Origin: Gammaproteobacteria bacterium
GTDB lineage: Bacteria > Pseudomonadota > Gammaproteobacteria > JAADHS01
DNA: 63,652 bases
Assembly: GCA_013151745.1 (NCBI GenBank)
Contig: JAADHS010000046.1
Coordinates: 1-63,652 of the forward strand
Direction: 5' to 3'
The notes under the pieces are model-generated. The model was not told where the DNA came from. It saw only the letters and a program-made list of their open reading frames with translations, and made no database searches. Shown here piece by piece: positions 1 to 10,022 of this stretch. The stretch's first letter is position 1. Each line of letters opens with the position of its first letter. Made by a program: the position numbers and the translations under genes.

Positions 1-420
1 GAAGGGGACCATTTTCCACACTTACACGCCGGAATGGCAGAGCCTATGTGAGTCACACCGCCAGAGGCGGTGGTTTACCAATATTTAATTAACAAATAGT
101 ATGTTAAACCAAGACGTTATCATAAGTAAGCGAGATAACGAATCGTTCCAAGTCTGTCTGGATAAAACGATGATTACGTATCATATCCTGATACGCCACC
201 TTAGAAGCTGTAAATAAATAACTTTACAGACCCTTAACCAGAAAAACCAAAAGAAAAAAGAGACTCCCACAGGATAGGTGCATCCAAAATTCAGCTCATG
301 CCTGTGCAACAAGCCAAATTCTTCATCTATGTGCAATTATAGATGCAAGCGCTTGTGATTTCAGGTTTTCATTTTATGTAATAAATATTAGTTATTGGTG
401 TGGATAGAGCTTTTTTTAAT

Positions 421-780
421 TTATTTACAGTCCCTTAGCCAAATGTCTAATGTGTTTTCCATCAATTCCAATGCCGGAGCACGTAACTTGGATGCAGCAA
501 AATGATAGTAGTTAAGTTTACACTGTACGGGCATATGCAGTTTATCACGCCCTTGGTCTTCAAAACTGACCCAAGCTAACACGGGCAAATCATTTTGCGA
601 TTCATCCGCGCACACCCATTCATTTTTCTCAAGGATCAAGATTAATCCGGGGCGATCCGGAAATTCGATGCGTAAGGGCATCGTAAAATGCATCCTGGCT
701 CGGCGCCAAAGATTGTAAAGTGTGCTGTTAATTTGCTCGTTGCGTTGCGCATATACGGGCAAATCAGCAACTCGACTCAC
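421..780 (-). CDS. hypothetical 119-aa protein, last ORF of the cbb operon (same position as cbbN in some cbbLSQO operons)
   Basis: ORF track. GTG start lies 8 nt after the cbbO stop, and an AGGAAA RBS overlaps that stop, so translational coupling is likely. No family recognised. Confidence 0.55.
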   Translation of the reverse strand: MSRVADLPVYAQRNEQINSTLYNLWRRARMHFTMPLRIEFPDRPGLILILEKNEWVCADESQNDLPVLAWVSFEDQGRDKLHMPVQCKLNYYHFAASKLRAPALELMENTLDIWLRDCK

Positions 781-788
781 GATTTTTC

Positions 789-3125
789 CTATTTAGTCAG
801 GCTGGCGAACAGCACGGGCAGTTGTTCCGGTAATTTATCGACATTATCGACAATCGTATAATTATTGTTGCCAAAAATACGTTTTACATAGCTATCCGCG
901 TTGGGATCCAGAGTCAAGCAATAGGAGAGAATACCTGTGCTATACAATTCTTCTACCGCTTTTTTGGTATCATTCCGCAAATGCTGGGGATCTCGTTCAT
1001 CAATATCTGCGGGTTCACCGTCGGTGACGATTAACAGTAGCTTGCGGCGCTCAGATTGTTTTAACAGGTGGTAACCCGCGTGCCGCATGGCAGCCCCCAT
1101 GCGAGTAGATAAGCCCCCTTTCATGCCTGCTAAACGTGATCGAGCCTCATCATCGTAGTGCTGGTTAAAATCTTTGAAACGATAATACTGCACATCATGA
1201 CGACCATCAGAAGCAAAACCGTGTATAGCAAAAGGATCTCCGATACCATTGATCGCCGTTGAGACAAGCGTCGCCGCCTCACGAGTCAACTCCAATACCG
1301 TTTTATCGGATCCGCCAATTTTTTCATTGGTTGACTCGGAAAGATCCAGCAGTATAACGACAGCAAGATCACGATTTTTTAACACATTACGCATAGTGAT
1401 ACGGGTATTCGGCTGCTCACCCATACGGATGGATATCATCGCATCAATCGCGGCGTTAATATCAACTTCATCGCCATCTTCCATGTTTCGCTCGCGTTGC
1501 ACTCCCGCAGGCGATAACATATCAATGATTTGTTTTATACGATGGGCTACCGGGCGATGCTCAGTCAAAATCTTGTCGATGTCTTCGGGGTTACCCTTGG
1601 GTTGGCGGCGCTCATAAACTGTAGCCCAATCAGGACGATGCAGTTGGATATGATAGTCCCACTCACGATAATGGAAGGGTTCTGAAACCCGCTCTTTACC
1701 CCACATTTCATTGAAACTGACGCCATAATCTTCATACGGATACATTTCTGTGGCGCAGACCCAAATTTCTTGAGCATCATCTCCCGCCAATTCACAATCT
1801 ACCTCGTGTGCCATCTCTATTACACTGACTGTTTTGCGTACTTGTCGTTGTGATGCGGCAATGTACTCGTTCATGGTGTCAAAAGTGAATTCTTCAAATT
1901 CCCAAACAAAACGATTATCGTCCCTGTAGGGGATGCGGATGCGTTCGAGAATACGTAGACTGGGGACGGCCTTGCGGGAAGAGAAAATATTAAATAACTC
2001 TAGCCCTTGATGCCAGGAAAATTGATTGTTTTCTTGCTCTGAATCTATGGCGTTATGGAACTGCTCGGCAAACATATTGAGCACAGCGTCATCGCATTTA
2101 ATGGTGGCATCCAATAACATTAGAGCTAAATGCTCCAGGACATTCATCGTCGGATGCTCAGCCTTTTCTTCAATTTTTTGAGCAAGCAGCGCAGCCCACA
2201 ATTTTTTCAGGCCGGGAAAGACCGTAACCGCTTTGTATTCAATACGCGCATCTTCCATATAACCAATAAAAAAGAGCTGTGCCGGACTGAGTTGTTCAGC
2301 AGAAAGCGCAGAATGGGTATAACATAGATGCGCGGCCATGTGTGCTGCGGTAGCGCGATACAACTCCAGACCTTTAACATCGCCTGCATCATCTACCGCA
2401 TCGGGCATATGCATAATATGCGAGCTAATGTAAGGTCTAAAGTCGGTATAATCGGCACCGGTAGGGCGTAGAAAAAAATCTCGTCCCCACAAGGCACGTA
2501 GATAAAAGTTAAGTTTTCTCTGAGTATCAATAAACAGCGTACCACGACGTTCTTTTTGCAACATCGCCCTGCTATCCTGAGACTCTAGATTGAAGTATTT
2601 AGTCAGGTTATCAAAATCACGACGATAGGCTTGAGCACCAAAATTAGCCCAACGACGCAGCCCACTTAAGGTCAGCTTGGATAATAATTCATCAATGTGA
2701 TTTAACATCGGGCGCACGCCACGGGCAGCGGTACCGGACAGTTGGTGTATCAGAGTCAGATAGCCGCGCACTAGCTCTGCATCACCTAAACGACGTGCAG
2801 CAGTGGGTAAACTGCTGAACATCAGGGAAATCACTTCGCCTGAGGTCATAGAAGACAGCTTCATCGCAGCGCCAAGAACATCATTAATAATATCTTCACC
2901 GCACTCCTTTACAACCAGCGGCATATCTTGTAAATAAGATATCACCAGATCGCTACCGCGTCCCAGGCGACACAGCCCTTTGGCACCTTCCATATATTCT
3001 TCCAGACCGGCGGGTGACATGACGCGAGCCGCCTCATAGAAGGTGCTGGTAGCCACATCGCGAATTTCTGGTGCAGTTTCTTCCAGGAATGTTTCGTAAT
3101 CTTCAAGCTTGATCGACATAGTCAA
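789..3125 (-). CDS. cbbO: CbbO, von Willebrand A-domain adaptor of the CbbQO RuBisCO activase
   Basis: 778-aa ORF directly after cbbQ. C-terminal VWA domain with a MIDAS-like LLDLSES motif. Size and position are typical of CbbO/NorD-like proteins. Confidence 0.9.
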   Translation of the reverse strand: MTMSIKLEDYETFLEETAPEIRDVATSTFYEAARVMSPAGLEEYMEGAKGLCRLGRGSDLVISYLQDMPLVVKECGEDIINDVLGAAMKLSSMTSGEVISLMFSSLPTAARRLGDAELVRGYLTLIHQLSGTAARGVRPMLNHIDELLSKLTLSGLRRWANFGAQAYRRDFDNLTKYFNLESQDSRAMLQKERRGTLFIDTQRKLNFYLRALWGRDFFLRPTGADYTDFRPYISSHIMHMPDAVDDAGDVKGLELYRATAAHMAAHLCYTHSALSAEQLSPAQLFFIGYMEDARIEYKAVTVFPGLKKLWAALLAQKIEEKAEHPTMNVLEHLALMLLDATIKCDDAVLNMFAEQFHNAIDSEQENNQFSWHQGLELFNIFSSRKAVPSLRILERIRIPYRDDNRFVWEFEEFTFDTMNEYIAASQRQVRKTVSVIEMAHEVDCELAGDDAQEIWVCATEMYPYEDYGVSFNEMWGKERVSEPFHYREWDYHIQLHRPDWATVYERRQPKGNPEDIDKILTEHRPVAHRIKQIIDMLSPAGVQRERNMEDGDEVDINAAIDAMISIRMGEQPNTRITMRNVLKNRDLAVVILLDLSESTNEKIGGSDKTVLELTREAATLVSTAINGIGDPFAIHGFASDGRHDVQYYRFKDFNQHYDDEARSRLAGMKGGLSTRMGAAMRHAGYHLLKQSERRKLLLIVTDGEPADIDERDPQHLRNDTKKAVEELYSTGILSYCLTLDPNADSYVKRIFGNNNYTIVDNVDKLPEQLPVLFASLTK

Positions 3126-3134
3126 ATTTCGCTG

Positions 3135-3956
3135 TTAATTAAAAAAAGTTTGTACAGCGGCATTTAGCGTATCCCGCATATCAGGGTCATCGGTTAATGG
3201 TGTCACCATCGTCATGCTACAGGCAGCAAGCGGTGTCACGCCTTTAGCGATGAGTTGACCCGCATAAACCAATAGACGAGTAGAAATACCCTCATCCAGA
3301 CCATGCCCTTTAAGATTGCGGGCGCGATGGGCAATTTGAACCAATTTACCCGCCGTAATGGCATCAACGCCAGATTCTTTTGTTACAATTTCAGTTTCTG
3401 TTTTTTCTTCGGGATAATCGAAATCCAATCCGCCAAAACGTTGTTTGGTCGACTGTTTTAGATCTTTCATTAAACTTTGGTATCCCGGATTGTAGGAAAT
3501 AACTAACTGAAAATCGGGATGTGCTTCCACTAACTCGCCTTTTTTATCCAGCGGTAATGAACGGCGATGATCGGTTAAAGGATGAATCACAACAGTGGTA
3601 TCTTGACGTGCTTCTACGACTTCATCCAGATAGCAAATCGCGCCAATACGTGCAGCCGTGGTCAACGGTCCATCCTGCCATTTTGTGCCATCCTTATCCA
3701 GTAGAAAACGACCGACCAGATCCGAGGCGGTCATGTCTTCATTACACGCCACCGTGATCAAGGGTCTGTCTAGTTTCCATGCCATGTACTCAACAAAACG
3801 GGATTTACCGCAGCCCGTTGGCCCTTTCAGCATCATTGGCATACGCGCATTATAAGCCGCTTCGTAAAGCGTTATTTCGTCACCGACTGCCTGGTAATAC
3901 GGCTCAGATTTTACTTTATACGCTTTTGGGTCTACGGTTATTTTATTTACAGACAT
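3135..3956 (-). CDS. cbbQ: CbbQ, MoxR-type AAA+ ATPase (RuBisCO activase subunit)
   Basis: Walker A GPTGCGKS and Walker B ICYLDEV. Start trimmed from the ORF-track 4013 to ATG 3956 (MSVNKITV...), preceded by a GAAGGTG RBS. This gives 273 aa, the usual CbbQ length. Confidence 0.92.
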   Translation of the reverse strand: MSVNKITVDPKAYKVKSEPYYQAVGDEITLYEAAYNARMPMMLKGPTGCGKSRFVEYMAWKLDRPLITVACNEDMTASDLVGRFLLDKDGTKWQDGPLTTAARIGAICYLDEVVEARQDTTVVIHPLTDHRRSLPLDKKGELVEAHPDFQLVISYNPGYQSLMKDLKQSTKQRFGGLDFDYPEEKTETEIVTKESGVDAITAGKLVQIAHRARNLKGHGLDEGISTRLLVYAGQLIAKGVTPLAACSMTMVTPLTDDPDMRDTLNAAVQTFFN

Positions 3957-3969
3957 AACACACCTTCTA

Positions 3970-4302
3970 TTACTTTTCTGGAGTATCGATATAATTTTCA
4001 TCGTCAGTTTCAAATTCGCCAGACCAGCCTACAGCCTTGGCTTTTTTGAACGCATCGCCATGGATGCGATCGTGACGTTCCCTTAATTCTGCTGGTAAGT
4101 GGCTCACCAAACAGCCGTATTTATCCCATTCGGCATTCACTTTTTGTAACAAAGCGTCAATCCCGGCTAGGTTCCAACCCGCACAATTTTCTGTTTCTGG
4201 TAAAATTTCAAATACCCAAGCATCTCGAATTGTTTTACCAATAGTGGTCATACCACCCCATACTTCTTTGTCTAATCCGACATAAGTGCCTGGTTTACTC
4301 AT
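3970..4302 (-). CDS. hypothetical 110-aa soluble protein between cbbS and cbbQ
   Basis: Clean ORF with ATG start, no signal peptide or TM segment, and an acidic C-terminal tail. It ends 13 nt before the cbbQ start. No family recognised. Confidence 0.6.
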   Translation of the reverse strand: MSKPGTYVGLDKEVWGGMTTIGKTIRDAWVFEILPETENCAGWNLAGIDALLQKVNAEWDKYGCLVSHLPAELRERHDRIHGDAFKKAKAVGWSGEFETDDENYIDTPEK

Positions 4303-4330
4303 CGCATGATCTCAACTTTAACTTTCGGTA

Positions 4331-4371
4331 TAAAAAAGCCCCTGGTCGCACAATGTCGAGCAGGGGCTTTT
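4331..4371 (-). terminator. rho-independent terminator/attenuator downstream of cbbS
   Basis: On the minus strand: AAAAGCCCCTG-16 nt loop-CAGGGGCTTTT followed by TTTTTA, 30 nt after the cbbS stop. Confidence 0.8.
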
Positions 4372-4400
4372 CGTTTTACAGTATTACTACCCCGGCTTTT

Positions 4401-4757
4401 TTAAACCGACTTACCACGGTAAATAACCATTGAAGCCCCTGCAGATTGAGCAAAGTTATCAAAGCCCAATAAACGCACATGGTTAGCAGGATGTGCTTTG
4501 TGACAAGCTTCAACTTCAGCCAAAATGGCATCCACGTCAGTTTCGCCAAACATAGGCAACTTCCACATATACCAAAAGTTGCTCATGGCATTAACAGGCT
4601 CAGTATGTTCGATACCTGGATTCCAGCCTTTACCAACAATATATTGGATCTGTTTACGGATCTGATCTGCCGTTAACTCAGGCAGATAAGAAAAAGTTTC
4701 AAACTTGCGACTTGAAACATCGCTTAAGCTTGATTTGTAATCTTGCATATCACTCAT
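4401..4757 (-). CDS. cbbS: RuBisCO small subunit
   Basis: 118 aa. Conserved small-subunit segments ([18 protein letters not shown]) immediately downstream of cbbL. Confidence 0.95.
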   Translation of the reverse strand: MSDMQDYKSSLSDVSSRKFETFSYLPELTADQIRKQIQYIVGKGWNPGIEHTEPVNAMSNFWYMWKLPMFGETDVDAILAEVEACHKAHPANHVRLLGFDNFAQSAGASMVIYRGKSV

Positions 4758-4793
4758 TATTCTTTCCTCAATGATTTCAAATTTGATAGCGGG

Positions 4794-4829
4794 GAGGGTT
4801 GGGCGATTAATGAATTAACGCCCAACCTC
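4794..4829 (-). other. intercistronic stem-loop between cbbL and cbbS
   Basis: GAGGGTTGGGCG / CGCCCAACCTC arms (11 bp with one bulge) and no U-tract. Probably an mRNA-processing or stability element rather than a terminator. Confidence 0.4.
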
Positions 4830-4858
4830 TTGTATCCGCATGACGGTGTGAAAAGGGG

Positions 4859-6280
4859 TTACTTGTGAGCAACATCCAGCTTATCAACGGTGTCGAATTC
4901 AAACTTAATTTCTTTCCAGGTTTCCATTGCCATTTTAAGCTCTGGGCTATGCTTGGCCGCTGAAGCAAGAATATCCTTACCTTCTTTCTCAAGCTCACGA
5001 CCTTGGTTACGTGCTTCAACACAAGCTTCAACCGCAACTCGGTTAGCTGCTGCACCTGCTGCATTACCCCAAGGATGACCCAATGTGCCGCCACCAAACT
5101 GTAGGCAAGAGTCATCACCAAAGATGTTAACCAACGCGGGCATGTGCCATACATGGATACCACCTGAAGCAACAGGCATAACACCAGGCATTGCGCCCCA
5201 ATCTTGATCGAAGAAAATACCACGTGAACGATCTTCTTTAATATAAGAGTCGCGCATGATATCGATCCAGCCTAAAGTCGCCTCACGATCGCCTTCCAAT
5301 TTACCCACAACCGTACCGGAATGCAGATGATCACCCCCTGACAAACGCAATATTTTGGTTAATACGCGGAAGTGGATACCGTGGTGCGGATTACGATCAA
5401 GTACCGCATGCATTGCACGATGGATGTGTAACAACATGCCATTCTCTTGACACCATTGAGCCAATTGTGTATTTGCAGAAAGACCACCTGTAAGGTAATC
5501 ATGCATAATAATAGGTGCGCCGATTTCTTTCGCGTATTCAGCACGCTTCATCATTTCATCAGATGTGGGTGCAGTGACGTTCAGGTAATGACCTTTACGC
5601 TCGCCTGTTTCAGCTTCTGCTTTATGGATCGCTTCCATCACGAAGTCAAAACGATGTCTCCAGCGCATAAAAGGCTGTGAGTTTACATTTTCATCATCTT
5701 TGGTGAAATCCAGACCACCGCGCAAACCTTCATAACACGCACGACCGTAGTTTTTCGCAGATAGACCTAGTTTAGGCTTGATCGTACAACCCAATAAAGG
5801 ACGACCATATTTATTCAAAATATCACGTTCAACCTGGATGCCTTGTGGCGGTCCATTACAAGTCATAACGTAAGCAATGGGGAAGCGGATATCTTCTAAA
5901 CGAAGTGCGCGCAGTGCTTTAAAGCCGAAGACGTTACCAACCAAAGAGGTCAGTACGTTAACCACGGAACCTTCTTCGAAAAGATCTAGCGGGTAAGCAA
6001 TGAATGCGTAAAAACAAGTGTCATCGCCAGGTACATCTTCAATCGCATAAGCACGACCTTTATAATGATCTAAATCTGTTAACAAGTCTGTCCATACAGT
6101 TGTCCAAGTACCCGTTGAAGATTCTGCCGCAACGGCTGCTGCAACTTCTTCACGAGGTACGCCATCTTGTGGGGTGACTTTGAAACAGGCCAGAAGATCC
6201 GTGTCTAAAGGCGTGTATTCAGGCATCCAATAGGTTTCGCGGTATTCTTTAACGCCCGCATTGTATTTCTTATCTGCCAT
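4859..6280 (-). CDS. cbbL: RuBisCO large subunit, form I (IA-like)
   Basis: 473 aa. Active-site block [17 protein letters not shown] and C-terminal form-I features. Followed by cbbS and cbbQO. Confidence 0.97.
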   Translation of the reverse strand: MADKKYNAGVKEYRETYWMPEYTPLDTDLLACFKVTPQDGVPREEVAAAVAAESSTGTWTTVWTDLLTDLDHYKGRAYAIEDVPGDDTCFYAFIAYPLDLFEEGSVVNVLTSLVGNVFGFKALRALRLEDIRFPIAYVMTCNGPPQGIQVERDILNKYGRPLLGCTIKPKLGLSAKNYGRACYEGLRGGLDFTKDDENVNSQPFMRWRHRFDFVMEAIHKAEAETGERKGHYLNVTAPTSDEMMKRAEYAKEIGAPIIMHDYLTGGLSANTQLAQWCQENGMLLHIHRAMHAVLDRNPHHGIHFRVLTKILRLSGGDHLHSGTVVGKLEGDREATLGWIDIMRDSYIKEDRSRGIFFDQDWGAMPGVMPVASGGIHVWHMPALVNIFGDDSCLQFGGGTLGHPWGNAAGAAANRVAVEACVEARNQGRELEKEGKDILASAAKHSPELKMAMETWKEIKFEFDTVDKLDVAHK

Positions 6281-6462
6281 TGCTCGCTTCCTCTTAAACT
6301 AAATTTGCTTTCATTTTGGTCTAAGGAGTAAACTCCTCTAACCCCGAAAAACGGTGTCAATCGCACGCCAGTTTTCTTTGCGTTTTTAGGGTGTTCCCAG
6401 TCTATCTGGAAGCGCCTAAGCAAGGTGATATCGGCGTCACGTGTTGTTACTATAGCCGAATA

Positions 6463-6475
6463 TTACAATTTGTAA
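6463..6475. promoter_or_regulatory. candidate LysR/CbbR box (T-N11-A) in the cbbR-cbbL divergent region
   Basis: TTACAATTTGTAA, an inverted repeat fitting T-N11-A. It lies about 50 bp upstream of the cbbR start. Confidence 0.3.
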
Positions 6476-6525
6476 AAATTATTTATTATTATAAAATCCA
6501 TTACATTCTGTTATACAATAACCCT

Positions 6526-7425
6526 ATGCATCTCACCTTACAACAAATCAAGCTATTTGAAGCTGTTTTCCGCTTGTCGAGTTACACGCGTGCCGCTGAA
6601 GAACTTTACCTCACTCAACCCGCAGTTTCTCTTCAAATTAAACGAATGGAAGCACAAATGGAATTACCCCTATTCGAAAGAGTGGGCAAAAAAGTATTTC
6701 CCACGGCTGCCGGAAAAGCCCTGTACCCGCTGAGCACTGATATTTTACGCCGAGTTAACGACTTAAAAGCTCAGGTTGAAGAGCTAAAAGGAGAGGTCAA
6801 AGGCGCGTTGAATCTATCCGTAGTGACAACAGCAGAATATTTCATACCTCATTTGTTGGGTCGTTTTTTGCAAAATTACTCGGACGTTGAACCTAAACTG
6901 AAGTTCACCAATCGTGCTCAGTTGCTAGAACGTTTAACAAACAATGAAGATGATTTTGTTGTAATGGGCCGCATTCCAGATGGCGACGGATTAATAGCCT
7001 ATCCATTTCTTGAAAATGTCCTGGTGGTTGTTGCGCCACCCAACCATCCGCTAGCGAACAACAAAAACATTCAATTAAAATCCCTAACTAAAGAACGATT
7101 TTTACAGCGTGAAAAAGGCTCAGGTACACGCCTGGTATTCGACGTGCTATTGAAAAAACATAAACTACAAATCGACCCCTATATGGAGTTAGGTAGCAGT
7201 GAAGCGATTAAACAAGGCGTCATGGCAGGGCTAGGGCTGGCCATACTCTCTCTACACAGTTTAAGCCTGGAACAAAATGCGGGGAAACTAGCCGTACTGG
7301 ATGTCACAGGTTTTCCGATTAAGCGACGCTGGTATGCCGTGCATTTAAAAAATAAAACATTATCATTGGTCGCAAAAACTTTCCTTGAATTTATTCTTGC
7401 TGAAGGGAAGGCATTACAAAAATAG
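6526..7425 (+). CDS. cbbR: LysR-family transcriptional activator CbbR
   Basis: N-terminal HTH YTRAAEELYLTQPAVSLQIKRME. Divergent from cbbL. Start trimmed from the ORF-track 6391 to ATG 6526 (MHLTLQQIK...). Confidence 0.9.
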   Translation: MHLTLQQIKLFEAVFRLSSYTRAAEELYLTQPAVSLQIKRMEAQMELPLFERVGKKVFPTAAGKALYPLSTDILRRVNDLKAQVEELKGEVKGALNLSVVTTAEYFIPHLLGRFLQNYSDVEPKLKFTNRAQLLERLTNNEDDFVVMGRIPDGDGLIAYPFLENVLVVVAPPNHPLANNKNIQLKSLTKERFLQREKGSGTRLVFDVLLKKHKLQIDPYMELGSSEAIKQGVMAGLGLAILSLHSLSLEQNAGKLAVLDVTGFPIKRRWYAVHLKNKTLSLVAKTFLEFILAEGKALQK

Positions 7426-7450
7426 GCGTACAACTTAACTTATAACGCAG

Positions 7451-7637
7451 TATATACCCATAGCGTTATGAATTTAGGTGCTAGTGCGTGCAGATGTGCC
7501 TTAGATTCGGCATTTCTAATTGAGAAAAAACGCAGGCCTAGCGGGCTAAGTTGAATTTTTTCAATTGAAGAAAAGCCGAATTTAAGATGCAGATGTGCGT
7601 GAAAACACCTAAATTCATAACACTATGGGCATATATG
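7451..7637. mobile_element. MITE-like palindromic element, subfamily A, full length (~187 bp)
   Basis: Terminal inverted repeats TATACCCATAGCGTTATGAATTTAGGTG / CACCTAAATTCATAACACTATGGGCATATA. The interior is also largely self-complementary. Related copies lie at 15919, 60401, 22441 and 46955. Confidence 0.8.
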
Positions 7638-7959
7638 GGCAATTATCTGTCATAATCAAACGGTATATACATTAGCGCCACTAAAATCACAGGCAAATCC
7701 TGCCCCACTAAATAACAGTAAAATTAATACCGACAAACACGCCTCGTAACGTCTTGCCTGCATAAAGGAAAACAAAGAGTATAAGCAAGATACGGAAGAT
7801 TTGCTTATCAATGGCCTAAGCCGCGCCCTATTCGCCTTGCTACAAATAACAATTTAAAACCATTAATGTAAACAACAATAACAGCGACCCTAAACACCTT
7901 CACATGTGGTAAATTACTTCAATAATATCACTTAGTACAAGTCCGGAGGCCTAACCGCG

Positions 7960-9120
7960 GTGACTGCAACAACCCCACTATCACAGCACATATTTTGTCT
8001 ATTATTTGCTCTGCTGCTCGTTATTTTGCCCTGCTATGCTGTCGCAGCGCCCATCATACCTGCCGCACCGACCATTACCGCTGACAGCTATCTACTGATT
8101 GATTTTCATAGCGGTCAGTCATTATCAGAACGAGACGCAGACAAGCGTCTCGAACCGGCCAGCTTAACCAAAATGATGACGGCGCATATCCTGTTTGAAG
8201 AACTGAAAGAAAACAACATTGAACTTGATGATTTAGTAACCATAAGCAAAAAAGCCTGGAAAATGAAAGGTTCTCGCACTTTTGTAGAGGTTGGCAAAAA
8301 AATTCCTGTCAAAACACTGTTAATGGGCTTAATTGTACAATCGGGTAATGATGCCACTGTTGCGCTGGCTGAATATATTGCAGGCAGTGAAGAGGTGTTT
8401 GCTGCGGTCATGAATCAGCGCGCCCAAGAACTGGGCATGAGCAATACACATTTCGTAAACAGTACGGGCATGCCACACAAAGACCACTATTCAACCGCCA
8501 GGGATTTGAGCATTTTAGCCAGATCCACTATTGAACACTTTCCAGAGCTCTACAAATGGTACAAGATAAAAGAGTATACATATAATAGTATATCTCAGCG
8601 AAACCGCAATACTTTGTTATGGCGTGATGAAACGGTAGATGGATTTAAAACAGGACATACCGAATCAGCTGGTTATGGCCTGGTCGCCTCAGCTCAGCGC
8701 GACAAAATGCGGCTCATCTCTATTGTTATGGGGGTTAAAACTAAAAATACACGCGCGACTGAAAGCCAAAAACTACTCAATTACGGCTTCCGTTTTTATG
8801 AAACCCATCTTCTTTATAGTAAAAAAGAAGCCATTCAGCAAATCAGAATATGGAAAGGCACCACTGAACAACTCCCTATTGGTATCGCTGATAATTTATA
8901 TGTGACGATCCCTAAAGGGACATACGAGCAGTTAAAACCTGAAATCAGCCTGCCTGCCACCGTAATTGCACCTGTACATTCTGACCAGGAGCTGGGCACC
9001 TTGCAAATAAAACTCGCCGGAGAACAACTCGATCATCGCCCCCTTATCGCACTACAAACCATAGAAGAGGGCAGCATGATTAGCCGTTTAATCGATGACA
9101 TGATGTTACTGTTTGAATAA
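7960..9120 (+). CDS. dacA: D-alanyl-D-alanine carboxypeptidase (PBP5/6 class)
   Basis: Signal peptide, then SLTK (SxxK), SGN and KTG motifs. GTG start. Confidence 0.9.
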   Translation: MTATTPLSQHIFCLLFALLLVILPCYAVAAPIIPAAPTITADSYLLIDFHSGQSLSERDADKRLEPASLTKMMTAHILFEELKENNIELDDLVTISKKAWKMKGSRTFVEVGKKIPVKTLLMGLIVQSGNDATVALAEYIAGSEEVFAAVMNQRAQELGMSNTHFVNSTGMPHKDHYSTARDLSILARSTIEHFPELYKWYKIKEYTYNSISQRNRNTLLWRDETVDGFKTGHTESAGYGLVASAQRDKMRLISIVMGVKTKNTRATESQKLLNYGFRFYETHLLYSKKEAIQQIRIWKGTTEQLPIGIADNLYVTIPKGTYEQLKPEISLPATVIAPVHSDQELGTLQIKLAGEQLDHRPLIALQTIEEGSMISRLIDDMMLLFE

Positions 9121-9122
9121 TA

Positions 9123-9995
9123 ATGAAAACACTGAGCAGCTACCATGATGCAACTGTCTATTTAAATGGCGAATTTGTCCCCGCTAATGAGGCAAAAATT
9201 TCTATTTTTGACCGGGGTTTTGTCTTTGGTGATGGGGTCTATGAGGTCATTCCAGTTTATAACGGTAAGTTATTTCGCTTAAAACAACACCTTGAAAGAC
9301 TGGATCACAGCTTAATCAACATTCGCATCGCACCACCGCTGAGCCATGATAAATGGGAGCAACGACTCACCACACTCATCGCCAAAAATCTCAGCAACAA
9401 CACGAAAGAACAAAGTCTCTACATCCAAATCACCCGCGGTGTTGCCCCAAGAGATCACAAGTTTCCTGAAAAAACACCGGCGACCATCGTTGCCGTGAGT
9501 CATCCTTTTACCGTCGTCGATCCCAATTTACTGACTCAAGGTGCGGCCGCAATAACGATGGAAGACTTACGTTGGAAATGCTGTAACATCAAGTCAATCT
9601 CTTTATTAGCTAACATTTTAGCTCGACAACAAGCGCTCGATAGTCACGCAGATGAGGCTCTTTTCTTAAGAGACAATCACCTTACCGAAGGCGCTGCAAG
9701 TAATGTGTTTATTGTCGAAAACCGGAGTATCATCACTCCTCCTAAAAGCGCGGAACTGTTACCCGGCATCACCCGAGACTTGGTGCTAGAACTCGCGGCT
9801 AAAAACAATATCGCTCACCTTGAAGAACGTATTTCCCTACAGCGTGCTCAACAAGCAGATGAAATCTGGCTCACCAGCTCAACGAAAGAAATCATCCCGG
9901 TTACCGTGCTCGATGATAAGTCGGTAGCAAATGGACAACCGGGGCCTTTGTGGGCTCGCATGTTAACCCTCTATCAAGCGTTTATACATCAATAA
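9123..9995 (+). CDS. dat: class IV aminotransferase, probably D-amino-acid transaminase
   Basis: 290 aa with fold-type IV features (FDRGFVFGDGVYE). Conserved dac-dat-ybeD-lipB context. Confidence 0.7.
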   Translation: MKTLSSYHDATVYLNGEFVPANEAKISIFDRGFVFGDGVYEVIPVYNGKLFRLKQHLERLDHSLINIRIAPPLSHDKWEQRLTTLIAKNLSNNTKEQSLYIQITRGVAPRDHKFPEKTPATIVAVSHPFTVVDPNLLTQGAAAITMEDLRWKCCNIKSISLLANILARQQALDSHADEALFLRDNHLTEGAASNVFIVENRSIITPPKSAELLPGITRDLVLELAAKNNIAHLEERISLQRAQQADEIWLTSSTKEIIPVTVLDDKSVANGQPGPLWARMLTLYQAFIHQ

Positions 9996-10022
9996 ACACT
10001 GAGCCCGAACGAGCATCAACCC

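Noticed and set aside
1-100. Possible 3' end of a plus-strand CDS (frame 1 stops at 49..51), followed by a CACCGCC-AGA-GGCGGTG hairpin.
   Set aside because: Only 16 codons are visible. Two other frames are also open to about position 90, and a minus-strand GTG start is equally possible. It cannot be assigned.
1249-2392. ORFs antisense to or overlapping cbbO (1249..1617, 1565..1795, 2130..2327, 2207..2392).
   Set aside because: They lie wholly inside the well-supported cbbO frame. They have no RBS and low-complexity or odd composition, which is typical of shadow ORFs.
3957-4013. N-terminal extensions in the ORF track for cbbQ. The same applies to cbbR, lipB, the DUF2235 gene, bioA, aroQ, purD, tsaC, purT, mnmG, msbA and the GT4 gene.
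   Set aside because: The extensions overlap upstream genes, use TTG/GTG starts or lack an RBS. Internal starts match conserved N-termini of the families and have Shine-Dalgarno sequences.
4807-5544. ORFs 4807..5223, 4890..5078 and 5359..5544 within cbbL.
   Set aside because: They are alternative frames of a highly conserved RuBisCO gene, with no independent support.
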